Shown one piece after another: positions 61,028-64,000 of a stretch of DNA of 64,000 nt. Each line of letters begins with the position of its first letter. Position 1 is the stretch's first letter. The notes beneath the pieces were generated by a model. That model made no database searches. It saw only the letters and a list, made by a program, of their open reading frames with translations, and was not told where the DNA came from. The position numbers were made by a program, and so were the translations under genes. The DNA is taken from the NCBI GenBank assembly GCA_030867685.1, contig JAQOWU010000008.1, forward strand, positions 2,294,001 to 2,358,000, read 5' to 3'. This DNA comes from Wickerhamiella versatilis (lineage: Eukaryota).

Positions 61028-63475
61028 CTATAGATGCAATTCTGCTAATATATCTTGCGCAACATTCTTATAGTGCCATACATTTCCAGTTAGTTTCTTA
61101 AACTGAACACCATGCAATCCAACTATTGGCACTCGCACAATGGAAATTTCAAATCGGATAGGAACTGATACTGGCTTATTACCCAACATATCGGAAGCAC
61201 CAATGTCCATTTCAACTGAACCAACACTCAATGAGGAATCATCAACTGAACCTGTAGACGGAATCTTGGAATGGCCTCTTCTTGATGGTGTCGACGGAGT
61301 CGACGGAGCTGAAGGTGTTTGCGGGCTTGAATTCCGTGATATACACGAAAATCCACCACGTATTTCAACAAATTCGATCTTTTTGTCTGTAAGAACTCGG
61401 ATGATCTCTGTACGAATGGCAGCCAAAGGTTTGGTCGACGTTGATTGCACTGAGAAAAACCCTCTGAAAAACACAGGTTTGGGAGAGGCGATGGATGGCA
61501 TATCAGACGTAGACCCAGCATGCTCAACCATTTCAAACGCTGCATGCCCTGTGCTTTTAGCACGAACATGACTGCGGACTTGTTGTGATTGTCCTCTTTG
61601 CAGAGGTGTTACTGTACGTCTGTTGCTATTCTTGCCTGCTGTGGAATCGTTATGTTGCGATCCTCGCTTGCGGATTGATATCTTTCGGAACAAACTACTA
61701 AGATCTGAGCGGGGCGACGGGGGCGCCTGCGTAACTTGAGGAGTGTAGTATTGTCCCACATTCTCCAAAAGTGATTGATGGTTGAATTCTTGCGGGGTCT
61801 TTGGCGTCGAAAAGCCGGGTTTTAATGCTGCCTTCTCTGGAGCGGCAGGGGCTGGAGGAGCAGCAGGAGCAGCAGAGGCTGTCGGCAAGTCAACTTTTCT
61901 CGGCATTTCTATGTTACCAACGCCAATGACAGGGGGTATAATACGCGACTGTTCTCCAACAGTGCGCGATCGTGCTCGACTTGTATAACTAGCTTCTGAA
62001 GAGGCCCGCTGAAGCCGTTCCATAGTAAGGAAGTACATAGAAAGCGAGGGTGCATACGAGTCTAATGGGCTCTGAAAGCGCGAATTCCAGGCACCAGAAT
62101 CCTTATGAAGACGCCATTGTTTAACAGCATTGTTGTACTCGGAACTTTGCAGAATACGCTCAAGTCCGATTTCAATTGTTTCCTCCTGCCCCAAACCTAG
62201 TGTACTCATCTCATGGATGACAGCCCTGTTTAATGGGCGTTCGATAGGCTCTCTTCGTGGTATGTGAGGATCGACAGGACCATCAAAGCCTTTTACCATC
62301 CATGGGTGGTGGATAACCTCATACAAGGTAGCCCTCTCGCTAGGAGCCACAACTAGCATTCGACTAAGAAGGTCCACACACTGCGACGACAACCAAGTTG
62401 GGTACTCAACCACCCCTCTCTTTATCTTAGCATGTAACACTGTCATGCTTCTGTCTTCGAAAGGGACCTTACCACTGACCAATACATACAATACGACCCC
62501 GAGAGACCAGACATCTACCTCTGGACCGACATAAGGTTGCGCATTGAGAAGTTCCGGCGCCGCAAAATAGAGGCTACCACAAAATGTTTTCAAAAGATTG
62601 TCTCGATAGAACAAGTTAGAAAGACCAAAGTCAATCAATTTTACCTCACCATCATCGTTTATGAGAACATTCTCAATTTTAAGATCGCGATGAACAATAG
62701 AATTGTGATGACAATAATCCAAGGCAGAAACAATCCCGCGTGCGAATCTTCGGGCCTGCTGCTCCTTGACACAACCATGTGTAATTATATAGTCCAACAT
62801 TTGGCCTCCAGCGACATACTCAAAGACAAGATACCAATGGCTTGTCATCGAATAGACATCATAAAGTCGTGCTATATTTGGATGGTATAGCAACTGGCCT
62901 ATTGCACCCTCACGGATGATACGAGCATCTTTGGCCTCGTCAGATTCACCACCTCCTCCAGTTCGTCGCTGTGTATATGCCTTAGGTACGATCTTAACCG
63001 CAGCCATCTGCCGCGTGTAGCGATGAATCGCCAGCTTCACCTGGCCCATTGAGCCAGCACCTATGCTTTTCACAAAATCCCAAGGGCCAATTGAAGAGCG
63101 CTTTTGTGCCTTATGTCTATGTGTATGTGGATGAGATGCTGGTTTAGGTGCAGGTGTCTGTTTCATTTTCTGCTGCGAATTGACAGCAGCCTTCAGCTTC
63201 TCACCCGACTCGGCACTACTTGGGTTCGTCGAATGTCCCTGTCGATAGGTTTCTGATGCTTCTAAGTTCCCAGACTGCGGTCGGATTTCCTGGATCAGTC
63301 CATCAAGTGATTGCTCACTCGAGTTTGTCGCTAGGACAGATTGTTGTGGGGTATTGGGGGAACCAACCGCTATCGGTGGTCCGGTGGCACGAGCTGTATT
63401 AGTGGGCCGTGCAGGAGATCTAACGCCATACGCACGGGTCGACGCCCGCACTGGCGTGGGACTAGGCCCCTCCAT
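61028..63475 (-). CDS. KIN1: Kin1/Kin2 (MARK/Par-1) Ser/Thr kinase
   Basis: GAGSMG, HRDLKIEN, TFCGSLYFAAPE, C-terminal KA1 domain (FSVQSTSTKP...LAELHL). Confidence 0.93.
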   Translation of the reverse strand: MEGPSPTPVRASTRAYGVRSPARPTNTARATGPPIAVGSPNTPQQSVLATNSSEQSLDGLIQEIRPQSGNLEASETYRQGHSTNPSSAESGEKLKAAVNSQQKMKQTPAPKPASHPHTHRHKAQKRSSIGPWDFVKSIGAGSMGQVKLAIHRYTRQMAAVKIVPKAYTQRRTGGGGESDEAKDARIIREGAIGQLLYHPNIARLYDVYSMTSHWYLVFEYVAGGQMLDYIITHGCVKEQQARRFARGIVSALDYCHHNSIVHRDLKIENVLINDDGEVKLIDFGLSNLFYRDNLLKTFCGSLYFAAPELLNAQPYVGPEVDVWSLGVVLYVLVSGKVPFEDRSMTVLHAKIKRGVVEYPTWLSSQCVDLLSRMLVVAPSERATLYEVIHHPWMVKGFDGPVDPHIPRREPIERPLNRAVIHEMSTLGLGQEETIEIGLERILQSSEYNNAVKQWRLHKDSGAWNSRFQSPLDSYAPSLSMYFLTMERLQRASSEASYTSRARSRTVGEQSRIIPPVIGVGNIEMPRKVDLPTASAAPAAPPAPAAPEKAALKPGFSTPKTPQEFNHQSLLENVGQYYTPQVTQAPPSPRSDLSSLFRKISIRKRGSQHNDSTAGKNSNRRTVTPLQRGQSQQVRSHVRAKSTGHAAFEMVEHAGSTSDMPSIASPKPVFFRGFFSVQSTSTKPLAAIRTEIIRVLTDKKIEFVEIRGGFSCISRNSSPQTPSAPSTPSTPSRRGHSKIPSTGSVDDSSLSVGSVEMDIGASDMLGNKPVSVPIRFEISIVRVPIVGLHGVQFKKLTGNVWHYKNVAQDILAELHL

Positions 63476-63854
63476 AGCTTCTACTGCTGCTGATTACTGA
63501 TCCGCCACCTCACAGAATAGGTCACTTGCTAGATACTCAGAATAAGGTTCATACGAACGCATGGTGGCATTTTCGAAGTCTAAAAGATCGATCCTAACTC
63601 TAAAATTCAGGCATAAAGCGTAAGGAGAGCTTCACCAAAAGCATCCACCTCATCAAAAAATATAGGCTAATGATGGAATTTCTTACTTTTTAGCCAACAA
63701 ATTGAGAGACTACAAGGAGACAAAAGAGGTTTTCTTAATATATATTATTTTTGTCCATTGAAACCTATTCGAGTTCTTCTCATTTATCATGCCATGACAT
63801 ATCTCCCTGAGTATTTGTCATCAACAATTGAAAAGTCAACGAAGGTAAAAAAGG

Positions 63855-64000
63855 ATGATCGTTGAATCCTCTGGAGTACGCATCCTTTGCGTGGCTGAAT
63901 GTCGGGGTGCTCTTAGCCGCATTAATGATCTTGTGGCAGAAACCAAGGCAGATGTAGTCGTACACACGGGATCTTTTGGTTTCTTCGATGGTGACAGTGC
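63855..64000 (+). CDS. 5' part of a fungal metallophosphoesterase-like (DUF2433-type) gene, runs off the window
   Basis: [45 protein letters not shown] read manually from ATG 63855. Confidence 0.7.
   Translation, partial: MIVESSGVRILCVAECRGALSRINDLVAETKADVVVHTGSFGFFDGDS

Noticed and set aside
1..64000. Horizontally acquired bacterial genes or operons
   Set aside because: All recognisable genes, including HSP60, TRP4, SLM3 and MRM2, look like the normal eukaryotic or mitochondrial forms

Overview
Gene-dense eukaryotic (budding-yeast, Saccharomycotina-like) chromosomal segment with about 45 protein-coding genes (two cut by the window edges), one tRNA-Thr(CGU) gene and one clear spliceosomal intron (MRM2). 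Complex I subunits (NDUFA6, NDUFB2), CTG used at a conserved Leu (RPL1 NFLET), very short intergenic spacers and shortened orthologues suggest an early-diverging, streamlined yeast such as the Wickerhamiella/Starmerella group; this is inference, not identification. Most genes are ordinary housekeeping genes, named from recalled motifs without a database search. I see no transposon, CRISPR array or bacterial-type operon, and cannot claim a proven new system. The best leads are: (1) three co-oriented genes (F-box with a PP2/Nictaba-like domain, half-length Scc3/STAG-like, Crt10-like) separated by only 25 and 17 nt that share an ATACAAT spacer motif, possibly polycistronic; (2) an 11-12 bp TGCYGACCAAT element next to the start codons of all three OXPHOS genes; (3) several unexplained structured intergenic segments (33.5-34.0 kb, 15.4 kb, 48.6 kb, 19.3 kb) that may be ncRNAs; (4) a possible 30-nt intron that would create the ATG of a degenerate bZIP-like microprotein behind RSC7; (5) a Y-family polymerase with an altered catalytic motif.
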